Positions 28,309 to 39,132 of a stretch of 64,000 nt of DNA are shown piece by piece. Made by a program: the position numbers and the translations under genes. The DNA lies in the NCBI GenBank assembly GCA_964595645.1, contig CAZQQT010000011.1, positions 2,064-66,063 of the forward strand, read 5' to 3'. This DNA is from an uncultured Thermococci archaeon. Its GTDB lineage: Archaea > Methanobacteriota_B > Thermococci > Methanofastidiosales > B48-G16. Within the stretch, counting starts at the first letter, position 1. The number at the start of each line of letters is the position of its first letter. Below the pieces are notes generated by a model. The model was not told where the DNA came from. It made no database searches and was given only the letters and a program-made list of their open reading frames with translations.

Positions 28309-28529
28309 TCATTATAGATCCTTCGAAAACTTCTAAATCATTTCATGAAACGGCAAAAGAAAAGCGCTTTTTTATTATAAAGACGGATAGAGGAGTTCGG
28401 TCACGAATATCTAAGTAGAAAAAATAATAACGTGCAAAGGAATGGTAGAAACACCAAGACAGAGAATATCAAGAAAAAAGAACAACTACACAGGCAAGAA
28501 TAATAAAATAAAAAGAAGATATTCGGACT

Positions 28530-29021
28530 TCAGTTTGTTCCTGAGACTTTCCTTTCTTGTTGGGCGTTTTCTGTGAACCTGAGGGGCATGGGGGTGGGAA
28601 CATTAATTTCCCTCGCACAGTTCATTGCAACGAGGAACGCCCGTGACATTAAATTTGCAACGATCTCTCTTTCTACACTTTGGGCAATCCTCTGCGAATC
28701 CTTCCACGTAGAAAGGATCTCCTGTCGCACTTTCTCGGGAGCATGGTAAACCACCGTCCCCTTCAGTCGTATCTCGCCCACAGAAGGATTGTAGTTTATC
28801 GTGAACTCAAAATCAAGCTCAACAACAGTTGCTTTCCCAGTGGCACTGTCCATTTTTCTCTCCTTTACGTTTGTGATTCGTTGAGAAGGAGCTATCTGGA
28901 CTGACCCCTCGGGAGTCACATCTTCATTTTTTGTAGCTTCTACTCGTTTTATTCTTACACCGAGTACTGGCATTTTATCACCTTGTACAGTTAGAGAGAT
29001 AGAGTTTTTAAATGTATTCAC
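28530..29021 (-). CDS. Hypothetical protein
   Basis: ORF with 4-nt overlap coupling to the upstream regulator gene. No recognisable motif. Confidence 0.4.
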   Translation of the reverse strand: MNTFKNSISLTVQGDKMPVLGVRIKRVEATKNEDVTPEGSVQIAPSQRITNVKERKMDSATGKATVVELDFEFTINYNPSVGEIRLKGTVVYHAPEKVRQEILSTWKDSQRIAQSVEREIVANLMSRAFLVAMNCAREINVPTPMPLRFTENAQQERKVSGTN

Positions 29022-29578
29022 GTGAGGTATCCGAGACTGAGTACATCTGCTCGGGTCACAATACCCACAAACTCACCCCTCGATTTCACGAGAACGGCGT
29101 TATTCTCTCTCAGAAGTGGTAGTAATGCGTCCAATACTTCATTTTTCGGTACCACAGGGAAGGGTTCTTCCATCAACATCTTTACCTTCCTTCTCGCAAA
29201 TTGTTTTATTCTATCTATATCCAATCTTTTCAATACGCTTTTTTCTGTGAGACTTCCTTCTGCGATGTTATTTCTAATGACAGGGAGTTGTGAAATATTA
29301 TTTTTTTTCATGAGATCGATGGCATGTGTCAGTGTATCTTCTGGAGCCACAGAGATAATAGGTGAATTCATCACGTCCTCCGCTTTTTTGACATCTTTTT
29401 TAAAATGATCCAACGCTCTCAAAATTTTATTAAATGTGGATATTTTGGGGTCTATTTTATTTCCTTCTATCTTCGCAATATATGCCTGAGAAACTCCTGC
29501 CTCCTCAGCTAACTCATTCTGAGTAATACCAAGTTTCTTTCGTAATGTTTTGATCTCGCTTATATCTATCATCTGCAT
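29018..29578 (-). CDS. XRE-type HTH plus CBS-domain regulator
   Basis: LRKKLGITQNELAEEAGVSQAYIAKIEGN HTH, followed by two CBS-like segments. Confidence 0.7.
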   Translation of the reverse strand: MQMIDISEIKTLRKKLGITQNELAEEAGVSQAYIAKIEGNKIDPKISTFNKILRALDHFKKDVKKAEDVMNSPIISVAPEDTLTHAIDLMKKNNISQLPVIRNNIAEGSLTEKSVLKRLDIDRIKQFARRKVKMLMEEPFPVVPKNEVLDALLPLLRENNAVLVKSRGEFVGIVTRADVLSLGYLT

Positions 29579-29605
29579 CTACTCTGTACGTGGAATATAT
29601 AAATA

Positions 29606-30763
29606 TTACATCTGCTCACAGGAAATTTTTCTTACTGTCTCCCCATCATAGACTGTTTCCCCTCGTAAAATAACTTTCTTTACAGCTCCTCTCACCTTCC
29701 TCTCATTGAAGGGAGAGAACTTTGATCTAGAATAAAAATCTTTTGAATCAATAGTCCATTCCTTCTCTTCGATAAAGGTGAAATCAGCGTCCTTTCCTAC
29801 AGCAAATCCCTTTTTATTGCTTACTATTTTTGCTGGATTTTCCGAAAGGACAGATACCAATGTTTCAAAGGAAATTCTTTTATTGTAGGCAGCATCGAGA
29901 AGAAGTGGTAATATTGTTTCGATGCCGGGAACGCCATATGCGCCTTTTTTCTTTTCTTCGATGGTGTGAGGCGCGTGATCGGAAGCAACCACGTCAATTG
30001 TACTCCCAAGTTCCTTCCATAGTGCTTCTCTATCCTCTCTTTTTCCAAGTGGTGGTTTCATTACCGCGCTCCCCTCAGAAAGCAACAGATGATGGGGGGT
30101 GACCTCTACTGTAATATATTTATTTTTATGTTTTTTGAGAAATTTCAATTCCTCCTTCGTTGCTACGTGGCATACATGTAGCTTTGTTCTGTATTTCGTC
30201 GCGAACTTTACACATTTCTTTATACCATCGATACCCGCATGTATGGCAATCGGTTTCCTATATGAGAAGAGTCTGTCGAGATCACCGGTAAATAGGAGTT
30301 TCCCTGTACTCTCCGTTAAAAAGATCTTGATAAATGTATACTCGTTAAAAAAAGAAAGATCTTCCGTCACAGAGAAATTTATTCCATAGTCACAGTACGA
30401 ACTCTCCTTAAAAAGTTCTTTTCTTCGTTCGAAGAGCTTTTCATTGTTTACTGGGGGGACAGTGTTCGGCATATCCACAACTCCTGTAACTCCTCCAGCT
30501 ACGGCTCCCTTCGTCGCTGTCCCTACCGTTTCTTTGTATTTCTGCTCAAAATCTCTGCAGTGGACGTGCATATCAATAACGCTCGGGAGTGCCATGCTTC
30601 CCTCACAATCGATACCCTTCGCAGAGATTTTGCCAATTTGCGCAATCTTCCCGTTTTCTATTAATATATCACAGTTTGTGATACCCGTAAATGTTACCAC
30701 ACTCAAATTTTTAAGGAGCATTGAATATAGTTGGCGCATCAACATTTTTATTCTTTCTGTCAC
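29606..30763 (-). CDS. pyrC: Cyclic amidohydrolase, probably dihydroorotase
   Basis: DMHVHCRD and DHAPH metal-ligand motifs. pyrD lies nearby. Confidence 0.6.
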   Translation of the reverse strand: MTERIKMLMRQLYSMLLKNLSVVTFTGITNCDILIENGKIAQIGKISAKGIDCEGSMALPSVIDMHVHCRDFEQKYKETVGTATKGAVAGGVTGVVDMPNTVPPVNNEKLFERRKELFKESSYCDYGINFSVTEDLSFFNEYTFIKIFLTESTGKLLFTGDLDRLFSYRKPIAIHAGIDGIKKCVKFATKYRTKLHVCHVATKEELKFLKKHKNKYITVEVTPHHLLLSEGSAVMKPPLGKREDREALWKELGSTIDVVASDHAPHTIEEKKKGAYGVPGIETILPLLLDAAYNKRISFETLVSVLSENPAKIVSNKKGFAVGKDADFTFIEEKEWTIDSKDFYSRSKFSPFNERKVRGAVKKVILRGETVYDGETVRKISCEQM

Positions 30764-31999
30764 AAAAACCGAAACTTTTATATGCTGACTTCAAATGGGC
30801 GTGTAATGATCGCCACAACATGGATTGGATTCTTTATCGCCGTGACAGTATTGATGCTCATGGCACGAGTAAGCATCTGGGCTGGTCTTTTCATGGCCGC
30901 ACTCATTCTCGGCGGATTTAGTCTTAGTTCCACTCAAATCATTCAGGAAATTCTAAATACAGTAAAAGAACCCTCTATTCTTCTTTTAGCACTGGCAGTA
31001 GGTATTATTCCAATAATAGGGGGCGCAATGGAAATTTCGGGACTGATTGAGGATCTGGTAAGTAATTTACGGCTAAAGAAGAGAAATTTTGTGGCATTTT
31101 CCCCGGCACTATTCGGATCTCTGCCTATGCCAGGAGGTGCACTGCTCTCTGCACCCTTAATAGAAAAAGGTGGAAAAGGTATTTCCTCCCATAAAAAGGC
31201 AGCGGTAAATGTCTGGTTCAGACACGTACTGCTACTGGTTTACCCTCTGGGTGCACTTCTCGCCACTACAAAAATAGCCGGCGTTGATCTCTTTGTGGCG
31301 ATCCTCTACCTCCTACCAGCCTTTGGGGTGGCACTGCTCCTGGGATACTTATTCCTGCTGAAGGACATCCAAGGAGACAACAGCTATGTATCTGATTTTG
31401 ATGCAAAAAAGCTGGCAATTCCGCTGAGTGTCATACTCGCAGCACCTATACTTGACCTCCTATTGATTAACATATTTGAGGATGTCATGAAAGAGCTTCC
31501 ATTAGTTATTGCCGTATGTGTGAGTCTGTTCCTCGCATTTTATTTTGGTGGGTTAGGCGTGAAAGACATTAAGACAGTAGCAAAAAAAATGGAGCCATGG
31601 AATTTCTTCTTAATTATTATCGCGATGTTTACCTTCTTAAATGTGTTCAAAGCCTCAGATGCTCCATCGCTCATTGCTGAGCTCTCGGTCTCAAAAACAG
31701 TGTTAATCGTCGTGATCGGTGCACTGCTGGGGTTTGTCACGGGCAGAGTGCAGGTTCCCGTATCGATCATTGTCCCTATTTACCTCACAAAGTATGGTGA
31801 AACCGCTATGACTCCTGTTGCTTTCGCATTTATCTATTTCAGTATATTTATGGGATATATGGTCTCACCGGTACATCCCTGCGTCTCTGTCTCTCTTGAA
31901 TACTTTGATTCGACGCTGAAAAACTTTTTTAAGACGTTGGTCCCCCCTGCAGTGGCCGGGTTGATTATCGCGTCATTGGGGGCAAGCATGCTGTTATGA
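30731..31999 (+). CDS. Polytopic membrane protein (transporter-like, ~12 TM)
   Basis: Hydrophobicity pattern. The real start is probably an internal Met (MIATTW). Confidence 0.45.
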   Translation: MAHQHFYSFCHKNRNFYMLTSNGRVMIATTWIGFFIAVTVLMLMARVSIWAGLFMAALILGGFSLSSTQIIQEILNTVKEPSILLLALAVGIIPIIGGAMEISGLIEDLVSNLRLKKRNFVAFSPALFGSLPMPGGALLSAPLIEKGGKGISSHKKAAVNVWFRHVLLLVYPLGALLATTKIAGVDLFVAILYLLPAFGVALLLGYLFLLKDIQGDNSYVSDFDAKKLAIPLSVILAAPILDLLLINIFEDVMKELPLVIAVCVSLFLAFYFGGLGVKDIKTVAKKMEPWNFFLIIIAMFTFLNVFKASDAPSLIAELSVSKTVLIVVIGALLGFVTGRVQVPVSIIVPIYLTKYGETAMTPVAFAFIYFSIFMGYMVSPVHPCVSVSLEYFDSTLKNFFKTLVPPAVAGLIIASLGASMLL

Positions 32000-32017
32000 G
32001 TATCACTTAAAAGAAGC

Positions 32018-32389
32018 GTGTGCATAGTAATGCAAGGTGTAATTATGGAAGAAAAAGACAGGTTAGTAGTGGTATGGACAAGTGGAGATAGAGACGTGGC
32101 CCAAAAGATGGTGTTCATGTACACCCTAAACTCGAAAAAATACAAATGGTGGAAAGATGTTACTCTCGTTGTCTGGGGTCCGTCCTCAAAACTACTGAGT
32201 GAGGACAAAGAACTCCAGGAGGAAATTGCGAAGATGAAAGAGGCCGGTGTAGTGCTCGAGGCATGTAAGGCCTGTGCCGATCGGTACGGTGTATCCAAGG
32301 ACCTTGAAAAGATGGGCATCGATGTGAAGTACATGGGTGAGCCGTTGACAGCCTACATGCAAAAAGGAAGACATGTACTTACAATCTAA
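32018..32389 (+). CDS. DsrE/DsrF/TusD-like protein
   Basis: LVVVWTSGD...LVVWGPS pattern with two conserved Cys positions (CKAC). Confidence 0.45.
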   Translation: MCIVMQGVIMEEKDRLVVVWTSGDRDVAQKMVFMYTLNSKKYKWWKDVTLVVWGPSSKLLSEDKELQEEIAKMKEAGVVLEACKACADRYGVSKDLEKMGIDVKYMGEPLTAYMQKGRHVLTI

Positions 32390-32435
32390 CATGACCAAAA
32401 CATTCTTTTAAATCCTCTTTCCATTATCTATACAT

Positions 32436-33422
32436 ATGAACATTCTCATGGTAGGATTGTACCCACCCCACATTGGAGGTGTGGCAACTCATATATACCA
32501 CCTCAAAAAAGAACTTGAGGAAGATCATAATATTTACGTACTTACCTATGGAAAAGCTCAGGAGGAAGACGTATTTTCTACCTATGCGCCTGATACGTTC
32601 AGAGGTTTCTTTTTTTTGGCGAGTGGCGGCATTAAAATATCTCACGTCTTGAAAAAGTGTGATATCGACATTATTCATGGACATTATATTCTCCCTCCCG
32701 GTCTCCTCGGCGTCTGGGGAAAGAAAATCGGTCGAAAGAAGCTCGTTGTCTCTGCTCATGGGACTGATGTGAATGTCCTAATGAAAAAACGGTATACGCG
32801 ATTTTTATCTGAGTACGTTCTCAAAAAAAGCGATTATTTGATCGCAAACAGTACTCACGTCGCCGAAACACTCTCACAGTACAATAGAACAAAAATCGTG
32901 TACAATGGAGTGGATTTAGATCGATTCTATCCCAAAAACTACGAAAGAGAAGGAGTCACGTATGTTGGTGCGTTAATCAAGGGAAAAAGTGTAGAAACTC
33001 TCTTAAAGACGTGGGATAATCCATGGATCGTGGGAGACGGCCCCGAACGGCTGCGATTGGAACAGTACCGTGGTACATTCTTCGGGTACAGAAAGGACGT
33101 AGAGGAGATCCTCAACCGAAGCAAAGTGCTTGTGCTCCCTTCCAAGAAGGAGGGATTTGGGATGGTGTTGCTTGAGGCCATGGCGTGTGGCACCCCTGTG
33201 ATCGCCCGGGATATTCCTGGCGTCAATGAGATAGTGGAAGATGGACATAATGGTCTTTTATTTAAAAAAGATGAAGAATTAACAGATTTGATAGAAAGAA
33301 TCATAGAGAATAAAGATTTAAGAGATAAACTTGTAAAAAACGGACTAAAAACAGTAAAAAACTTCACCTGGACGAAAACTGCGGAAAGAGTGTTAGAAGT
33401 CTACAGAGAGATACTCGAGTAA
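32436..33422 (+). CDS. GT4-family glycosyltransferase
   Basis: [37 protein letters not shown]. Confidence 0.8.
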   Translation: MNILMVGLYPPHIGGVATHIYHLKKELEEDHNIYVLTYGKAQEEDVFSTYAPDTFRGFFFLASGGIKISHVLKKCDIDIIHGHYILPPGLLGVWGKKIGRKKLVVSAHGTDVNVLMKKRYTRFLSEYVLKKSDYLIANSTHVAETLSQYNRTKIVYNGVDLDRFYPKNYEREGVTYVGALIKGKSVETLLKTWDNPWIVGDGPERLRLEQYRGTFFGYRKDVEEILNRSKVLVLPSKKEGFGMVLLEAMACGTPVIARDIPGVNEIVEDGHNGLLFKKDEELTDLIERIIENKDLRDKLVKNGLKTVKNFTWTKTAERVLEVYREILE

Positions 33423-33460
33423 TTCAAAAAGAATTTAAAGCTACACATCAAGGATGTTTC

Positions 33461-34408
33461 ATGAAGATCGAAGAACCGTGGACCGAGAAGTACAGACCGA
33501 CAACACTTGATGAGATACTGGGATGGGATTACATTGTCGAGAGACTCAAGTCATACGTGGAGAGTAGATCCATGCCTCACCTCCTCTTCGCCGGCCCGGC
33601 GGGTGTGGGAAAAACAACATCCGCGCTATGTCTGGCCCAAGATCTTTTCGGTGAACACTGGCGAGAGAACTTCCAGGAAACAAATGCGTCCGATGAGCGA
33701 GGAATACAGGTTGTGAGAGAGAAAATAAAGAATTTCGCCAGAACAAAATCAATGGGGGGAGATTTTAAAATAATATTCTTGGATGAAGCTGATGCACTAA
33801 CACCGGATGCGCAGAATGCGTTGAGACGAACGATGGAGCTTTTTGCACGTTCATGTCGATTTATCCTCTCATGTAATTACTCTTCAAAGATAATATCACC
33901 GATACAGTCGAGATGTGCTGTATTCAGGTTCGGACCCATCAAGGATGATGCCATTCTCAAGATGATCGAGAAGATCGCAGGGGAAGAGAACCTCTCCCTC
34001 ACTGAAAGCGGGAAGGAAGCCATTGTCTACGTCGCAGAAGGAGATATGCGAAAGGCAATAAATACACTGCAAGCTGCTGCATTCCTAAAGAAGGATATCG
34101 ACGAAAAACTGATATACCAGGTCGCTGCCAAGGCAAAACCGGATGAGGTAAAAGAGATGCTCTCCCTGGCATTGAAGGGAAACTTCCTCAAGGCACGGGA
34201 CAAACTTGATACCCTTCTTCTCACCTACGGACTCTCTGGGGAAGATGTGCTGAGACAGGTGCATAAAGAAATTTTTAACCTTGATATAGACGAAGAAAAA
34301 AAGATAAAACTCGTTGATATGACGGGTGAACATGACTTTAGACTTGTGGAAGGAGCCAATGAGAGAATCCAAATAGAAGCACTTCTCGCAAATTTCGCCG
34401 TGGTATAA
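33461..34408 (+). CDS. rfcS: Replication factor C small subunit
   Basis: [33 protein letters not shown] motifs. Confidence 0.9.
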   Translation: MKIEEPWTEKYRPTTLDEILGWDYIVERLKSYVESRSMPHLLFAGPAGVGKTTSALCLAQDLFGEHWRENFQETNASDERGIQVVREKIKNFARTKSMGGDFKIIFLDEADALTPDAQNALRRTMELFARSCRFILSCNYSSKIISPIQSRCAVFRFGPIKDDAILKMIEKIAGEENLSLTESGKEAIVYVAEGDMRKAINTLQAAAFLKKDIDEKLIYQVAAKAKPDEVKEMLSLALKGNFLKARDKLDTLLLTYGLSGEDVLRQVHKEIFNLDIDEEKKIKLVDMTGEHDFRLVEGANERIQIEALLANFAVV

Positions 34409-35557
34409 ATGCTCGTTGAAAAGTACAGACCCACAACTTTTGAGGAAATAGGAGGACAAAGAGCGGCCATCAAAAAGGTACTTTCCTGGATAAACACGTG
34501 GGGGGAAGGAAAGAAGGCCTGTTTAGTCTATGGTGAACCAGGTATTGGAAAAACAGTATCCATGCACGCACTCGCAAAAGAAATGAACGTTGATCTTATA
34601 GAAATGAACGCCAGTGATAAACGCAATGCTGATGCAATCAAACGGATTGTGGGTAACGCCGCGCAAACGTATACGTTGAACGGAAAAAAGAAGATAATTC
34701 TTCTCGATGAGGCCGATAACATCTACGGTAATGCAGATAGAGGAGGAGTACAAGCGCTCTCGAAGATCATTGATGAGACCAAAGTCCCAATTATTCTCAT
34801 CGCCAACAAGTACTGGGAGGTCTCTCAAAGTATACGGAATAAATGCAAGATGATAAAGTTTCCAAAGCTTCGGTACACCAGCATCCGGAAGGTCTTGGAA
34901 AAAATTGCGAAGAAAGAGGATATCCACGTCTCGAAGGAACAGCTCACAACCCTGGCAAAAAACTCTGATGGCAACCTTCGAGCAGCCATTAACGATCTCG
35001 AGACGTACAGAGGTGACATAGACAAGATAGGAACCCTGAGAGATACTGAAAAGAGCATATTCCGTGCACTGGGGAGAGTTTTCAAGAGGCAGAGCTGCGA
35101 TGTGAGGCAGGAGTTTTGGAATATTGACAAGACCCCGGATGAAGTAATTCTGTGGGTCGACGAGAATGTTCCAAAGGTCTATGGGAGAGAGGATTTGGAG
35201 AGAGCGTATCACATGATTGCTAAGGCGGATATCTACCTTGGAAGAGCCAGAAGGAAAAATTACTACAAGCTCTGGGGATACGCCATGGACCTGATGACCT
35301 CCGGTGTTTCTGTGGCACGAAAGGGAAAGTTCCACTACCAACAATTCTCCTCACCAACATACTTCAGAAAGCTGGGCAGAACAAAATCGACGAGAAGAAA
35401 ACTTGAAGCTATTACCACAAAAATAGCGGAAAAATGCCACTGCTCAACGGGAAAAGCAAAAGAGTATCTTCTCATTGCAGAAAAACTTAGTGAGTACTTT
35501 GAACTCGATGAGAGCGAGGTAAAATTTCTGAAGTCCCGTGACGCCTACTCACTTTAA
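34409..35557 (+). CDS. rfcL: Replication factor C large subunit
   Basis: VEKYRPTTFEEIGGQ, LVYGEPGIGKT. Adjacent to rfcS. Confidence 0.85.
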   Translation: MLVEKYRPTTFEEIGGQRAAIKKVLSWINTWGEGKKACLVYGEPGIGKTVSMHALAKEMNVDLIEMNASDKRNADAIKRIVGNAAQTYTLNGKKKIILLDEADNIYGNADRGGVQALSKIIDETKVPIILIANKYWEVSQSIRNKCKMIKFPKLRYTSIRKVLEKIAKKEDIHVSKEQLTTLAKNSDGNLRAAINDLETYRGDIDKIGTLRDTEKSIFRALGRVFKRQSCDVRQEFWNIDKTPDEVILWVDENVPKVYGREDLERAYHMIAKADIYLGRARRKNYYKLWGYAMDLMTSGVSVARKGKFHYQQFSSPTYFRKLGRTKSTRRKLEAITTKIAEKCHCSTGKAKEYLLIAEKLSEYFELDESEVKFLKSRDAYSL

Positions 35558-35623
35558 CATATTGCCCAATCACAGTTTGTGAGTCATGATAATACTTTTA
35601 TATCTTCAATGTGAAGAACAAAC

Positions 35624-36523
35624 ATGAAAAAATCCAAGAAAATCTGGATGGACGGCACATTTGTAGACTGGGACGATGCGAAGGTCCATGTGTTGACCCA
35701 CGCGTTGCACTATGGATCCAGTGTATTCGAAGGAATCCGCTGTTACAACACAAAAGAGGGCCCTGCTATATTCAGATTGGACGATCACGTGAAACGCTTT
35801 TTTGAGTCTTGTAAAATTTACAGGATGGATCTGGACTATGCTCAAGAAGAGATCCGAGAGGCGATTCTTGAGACAATAAAAGAGAACGAACTAAAAAGCT
35901 GCTACATACGCCCGCTCGCGTTCCGAGGATATGAAGAACTGGGAGTGAACCCTCTGAACGCTCCTATGAAGGTAATGATAGCTGTCTGGGAGTGGGGATC
36001 ATATCTTGGAGAGGAGGCCTTGGAGAAGGGAATCCGGGTGATTACTTCCTCCTGGCATAGGATGGCTCCCAACACATATCCCTTCCTCGCCAAGGCAGGA
36101 GGAAACTACCTAAACTCCCAGCTTGCGAAAATGGACGCAGTTCTCGATGGTTATGAAGAGGCGGTGATGCTGGATGTAGATGGCTACGTGGCAGAGGGAA
36201 CAGGGGAGAACCTCTTTCTCGTCAGAGACGGAGAACTCTATACCCCTCCTATACACAACACGATTCTGCGGGGCATCACTAGGGACTCTATTATCACACT
36301 TGCCAGAGAGAAGGGATACACCGTGAAGGAGGAGAGAATTCCACGGGAGATGCTCTACATCGCTGATGAACTGTTCTTTGTAGGTACTGCTGCAGAGGTC
36401 ACGCCGATAAAGGAAATAGATCACTACCCAGTACCGGAGAGAACGATCACCAAGGAGATACAAGATGCCTTCTTTGATGTAATTGAGCGATGTGATCCTG
36501 CGTACATGACGCCGGTCCAGTAA
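35624..36523 (+). CDS. ilvE: Branched-chain amino-acid aminotransferase
   Basis: [35 protein letters not shown]. Confidence 0.85.
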   Translation: MKKSKKIWMDGTFVDWDDAKVHVLTHALHYGSSVFEGIRCYNTKEGPAIFRLDDHVKRFFESCKIYRMDLDYAQEEIREAILETIKENELKSCYIRPLAFRGYEELGVNPLNAPMKVMIAVWEWGSYLGEEALEKGIRVITSSWHRMAPNTYPFLAKAGGNYLNSQLAKMDAVLDGYEEAVMLDVDGYVAEGTGENLFLVRDGELYTPPIHNTILRGITRDSIITLAREKGYTVKEERIPREMLYIADELFFVGTAAEVTPIKEIDHYPVPERTITKEIQDAFFDVIERCDPAYMTPVQ

Positions 36524-36561
36524 CACAAGATTTAAATATACTGTGGAAATGGGTAACGTAA

Positions 36562-36658
36562 GCCGGGGTGGCTCAGCCTGGTGAGAGCGCTCAGCTCATA
36601 AGTCTACTCAGAGCGCTGAGAAACTGAGAGGTCGCGGGTTCAAAGCCCGCCCCCGGCA
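36562..36658 (+). tRNA. tRNA with CAT anticodon (elongator Met or Ile2) carrying a 22-nt intron at the canonical 37/38 position
   Basis: Manual fold. Acceptor GCCGGGG/CCCCGGC with G1:C72, so not an initiator. Anticodon stem CTCAG/CTGAG. Loop CTCATA is interrupted at 36601..36622 by agtctactcagagcgctgagaa, then A-CTGAG resumes. T-arm GCGGG-TTCAAAG-CCCGC. Confidence 0.75.
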
Positions 36659-36782
36659 CCTGAACAATTTGTTCTATGCAGGATCATAGTAAGTATCGCG
36701 ATTTTGAGAGGTAGATACGAAGGGGGAAGAAGCGGGGAATGCGATCATCAACGCAAAAGGAGGAAAAAGTTACGAGCGGGCA

Positions 36783-37251
36783 ATGTTTAGTGTCTCCGCA
36801 CTTTTCCACGATCTGATAGTCTACCAGAAAGACGACCCAAGGTCCGATAGAGAACACGAGGAGAGCGCCGAAAGGGCTAGGGAAATCCTCGAAAGATTGG
36901 AAGGGTTCCCGAAAGAGAAGATAGACGATGTATGTAACGCGATAGAGAACTGTTCTTTCTTGAATGATTCCATGCCCGACTGGCTTGAAGCCACGGGTGT
37001 GATATCGATCATGCGGACTTATGCTTCTGCAGGATGGGGGGGTAGAAAATTATACAATCCCGATGAGCCTATCCCGGAGAAAAGAAAACCCGAATCCGAC
37101 AAGTATGGCCTTGATTTATTTTCACAAGACTTTTGAAGATCAAAGAAAGGGTGCACACCAGCACAGCAAAAAAATGGCCGAGAGAAAGACCTCTTTTATC
37201 AAAGACTTTTTGGACGAGTTTGTAAAGGAGGTTGAGGAGTACTATTCCTGA
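36783..37251 (+). pseudogene. Truncated and frameshifted HD-domain phosphohydrolase fragment
   Basis: Two overlapping ORFs in different frames (36783..37136 and 37021..37251). The first begins at the HD motif (SALFHDL) and lacks the upstream His motif. An in-frame stop lies at 36705 between it and the tRNA. Confidence 0.45.
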
Positions 37252-37526
37252 AGTTCTTCAATTTATTAAATCTGAAAGCTCCGACCACCATGAGGGTCGG
37301 TATTATGATAAGCTCGACGTGAGAAATCGTCACGCCTGGCAGGTAGAGGACCTTGCTCACGGCTATGAGGGTTATACATAGAGCCATGAAAAACTTGAAC
37401 CCCTTGGGCAAAGGTTCTCACCGGGAGTCCCGATAAAGATTTCTTTTGACGATTTTACAGTGGAGACAATGGAAGGTTTCGAGAAGACCGTACAATTATG
37501 AGTGAGAAGTGAAAAAATGTCCATGC

Positions 37527-37826
37527 TCACCTTTTTCGCAGGATCCATGCCATGATCCCCAAACTCATAAATACGAGGGCCGCCGCTGAGATCCAGAGGA
37601 GGTTGCCAATGAAATGGTAGTACTCCCAGACGATCGTCGCAACGAGGTAACACATATATCCAACAAAAAGGGTCAGCACAGCGTATTTGAATGTAGTGTA
37701 CTGCAGGAAGATTCGAGAAGTTGCCAATTTCGCCTTTTCAGATGTGTGAAACTGGCGATAGATATAGTTAGCTGCCAGAAATGCGAACACGAGCAAAATA
37801 AACATTATTGTATCATACAGATCCAT
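37527..37826 (-). CDS. Small three-TM protein, paralog d of a tandem array
   Basis: TM1 followed by the conserved amphipathic segment EKAKLATSRIFL, then two TM helices. Confidence 0.55.
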   Translation of the reverse strand: MDLYDTIMFILLVFAFLAANYIYRQFHTSEKAKLATSRIFLQYTTFKYAVLTLFVGYMCYLVATIVWEYYHFIGNLLWISAAALVFMSLGIMAWILRKR

Positions 37827-37836
37827 TTTTTCACCT

Positions 37837-38154
37837 CTAAATCTCCTCTTCTATTTTTTTACTTTTAATCGTGACTGTGAGTGTGTAGAATCCGTGAATT
37901 ACAAGAAGGGGTGCAATAACAAGTATAATACCTGCTAGGTGCTTGCTATGATACCAAAGGACAATACTGATCAAATACAGTAGTATCGCAGTCATGATCT
38001 CGAAAAAAGAACGTCTCACCTTCCCATGGTTTAAAAACATCTTTGCCGTGTTTATTCGTGCTTTCTCTTCTGTGGTAAAAAGAAGAAAAAATTTAAATAT
38101 CATCACAGCGCCTACTGTGCCCAAAATCACAGCCAAAGGATCATATAGATTCAT
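37837..38154 (-). CDS. Small three-TM protein, paralog c
   Basis: EEKARINTAKMFL motif. Start overlaps the upstream stop (ATGA). Confidence 0.55.
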   Translation of the reverse strand: MNLYDPLAVILGTVGAVMIFKFFLLFTTEEKARINTAKMFLNHGKVRRSFFEIMTAILLYLISIVLWYHSKHLAGIILVIAPLLVIHGFYTLTVTIKSKKIEEEI

Positions 38155-38465
38155 GAAGACACCTCCGTTTCTTGAAGCTGAACTTTTATGAGAATGATGT
38201 AAAAAAACAGGAGACAGACAGTGCCTAGGGTATGCAGTATAGCATGAATAGGTCCATAGTTGGAGAAGGTAGAGTAGAGAAAGGACACTGTATGTATAAA
38301 TATTCCTATCATCAAAATTCGAACAGCGGAGATAGTTGTGTACGTGTTGAGAAATAGTTTTGCAAGGAATGTTTCTGGAGAACGTTTGAATTTTATTAGG
38401 AGAACAAAGATTGAAGTGAGATGTAAGATCGCGAAGAAAAAAGTGGGGACACTATACACATTCAT
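38151..38465 (-). CDS. Small three-TM protein, paralog b
   Basis: PETFLAKLFL motif. 4-nt overlaps with both neighbours. Confidence 0.55.
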   Translation of the reverse strand: MNVYSVPTFFFAILHLTSIFVLLIKFKRSPETFLAKLFLNTYTTISAVRILMIGIFIHTVSFLYSTFSNYGPIHAILHTLGTVCLLFFYIILIKVQLQETEVSS

Positions 38466-38770
38466 TTTCCCAACTCCAGAACTTTATTCAGCTGATAACT
38501 GAGATAAAGGAAGGAAAGCCAGTAGATCCACATAATCCAGCCGATCTTCGAGGGGCTCATGCCAGCAGTCCATAAAAATCCAAATGCAAAGAATACAGCT
38601 GTTCCTGCAAGAAGTGCAAGCAATCCATGATATATTCTCTCTTTTTTCAAGAATATTTTTGCTGTGGCAAGTTTTTTATTTCTCAGTTTCTGGTTTACCT
38701 GTACAGAAAAGTAGATAATTGTTATCCCTATAATAGCTGCCAGTACTGCCCTAATCTCCTCAGTCATCAC
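38462..38770 (-). CDS. Small three-TM protein, paralog a
   Basis: NKKLATAKIFL motif. Stop is 3 nt from the Roadblock gene. Confidence 0.55.
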   Translation of the reverse strand: MMTEEIRAVLAAIIGITIIYFSVQVNQKLRNKKLATAKIFLKKERIYHGLLALLAGTAVFFAFGFLWTAGMSPSKIGWIMWIYWLSFLYLSYQLNKVLELGK

Positions 38771-38772
38771 GA

Positions 38773-39132
38773 TTACCCTAGAATCTTCTCCACTTTTTCT
38801 GCAGCTTTATCCAGTCCTGCAAGAAGAGATCGTACATCAGTTTCTGAGGTCATGCAGACGAGGAATGCCTTCTCTCCTGCTCCCTCCGTAATAATTCGAT
38901 ATTCTCCTGTCTCCACGATAATTCTCTCAGGTAGTTCTGCCCCTATCTCGCTGGTAGCAGTCTCAGCAGCACCGAGTATTGTAGCAGCCATGGCAGCGAA
39001 GGTTTCAGCATTGATGTCCTGTGGAATATCGGCACAGATGGGCAGTCCCGATCGTGTAACAATGGCAGAAGCTTTTATCTCGAAAGTTTCTTCCAGCTCC
39101 TCTAAAATCTCACTCAATAACTCTTTCTTCAT
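38773..39132 (-). CDS. Roadblock/LC7 (MglB-like) domain protein
   Basis: ASAIVTRSGLPICADIP...ETFAAMAATILGAAE, ~119 aa. Confidence 0.75.
   Translation of the reverse strand: MKKELLSEILEELEETFEIKASAIVTRSGLPICADIPQDINAETFAAMAATILGAAETATSEIGAELPERIIVETGEYRIITEGAGEKAFLVCMTSETDVRSLLAGLDKAAEKVEKILG

Noticed and set aside
34523-35344. 273-aa minus-strand ORF
   Set aside because: It lies wholly inside and antisense to rfcL, which has unmistakable RFC motifs.
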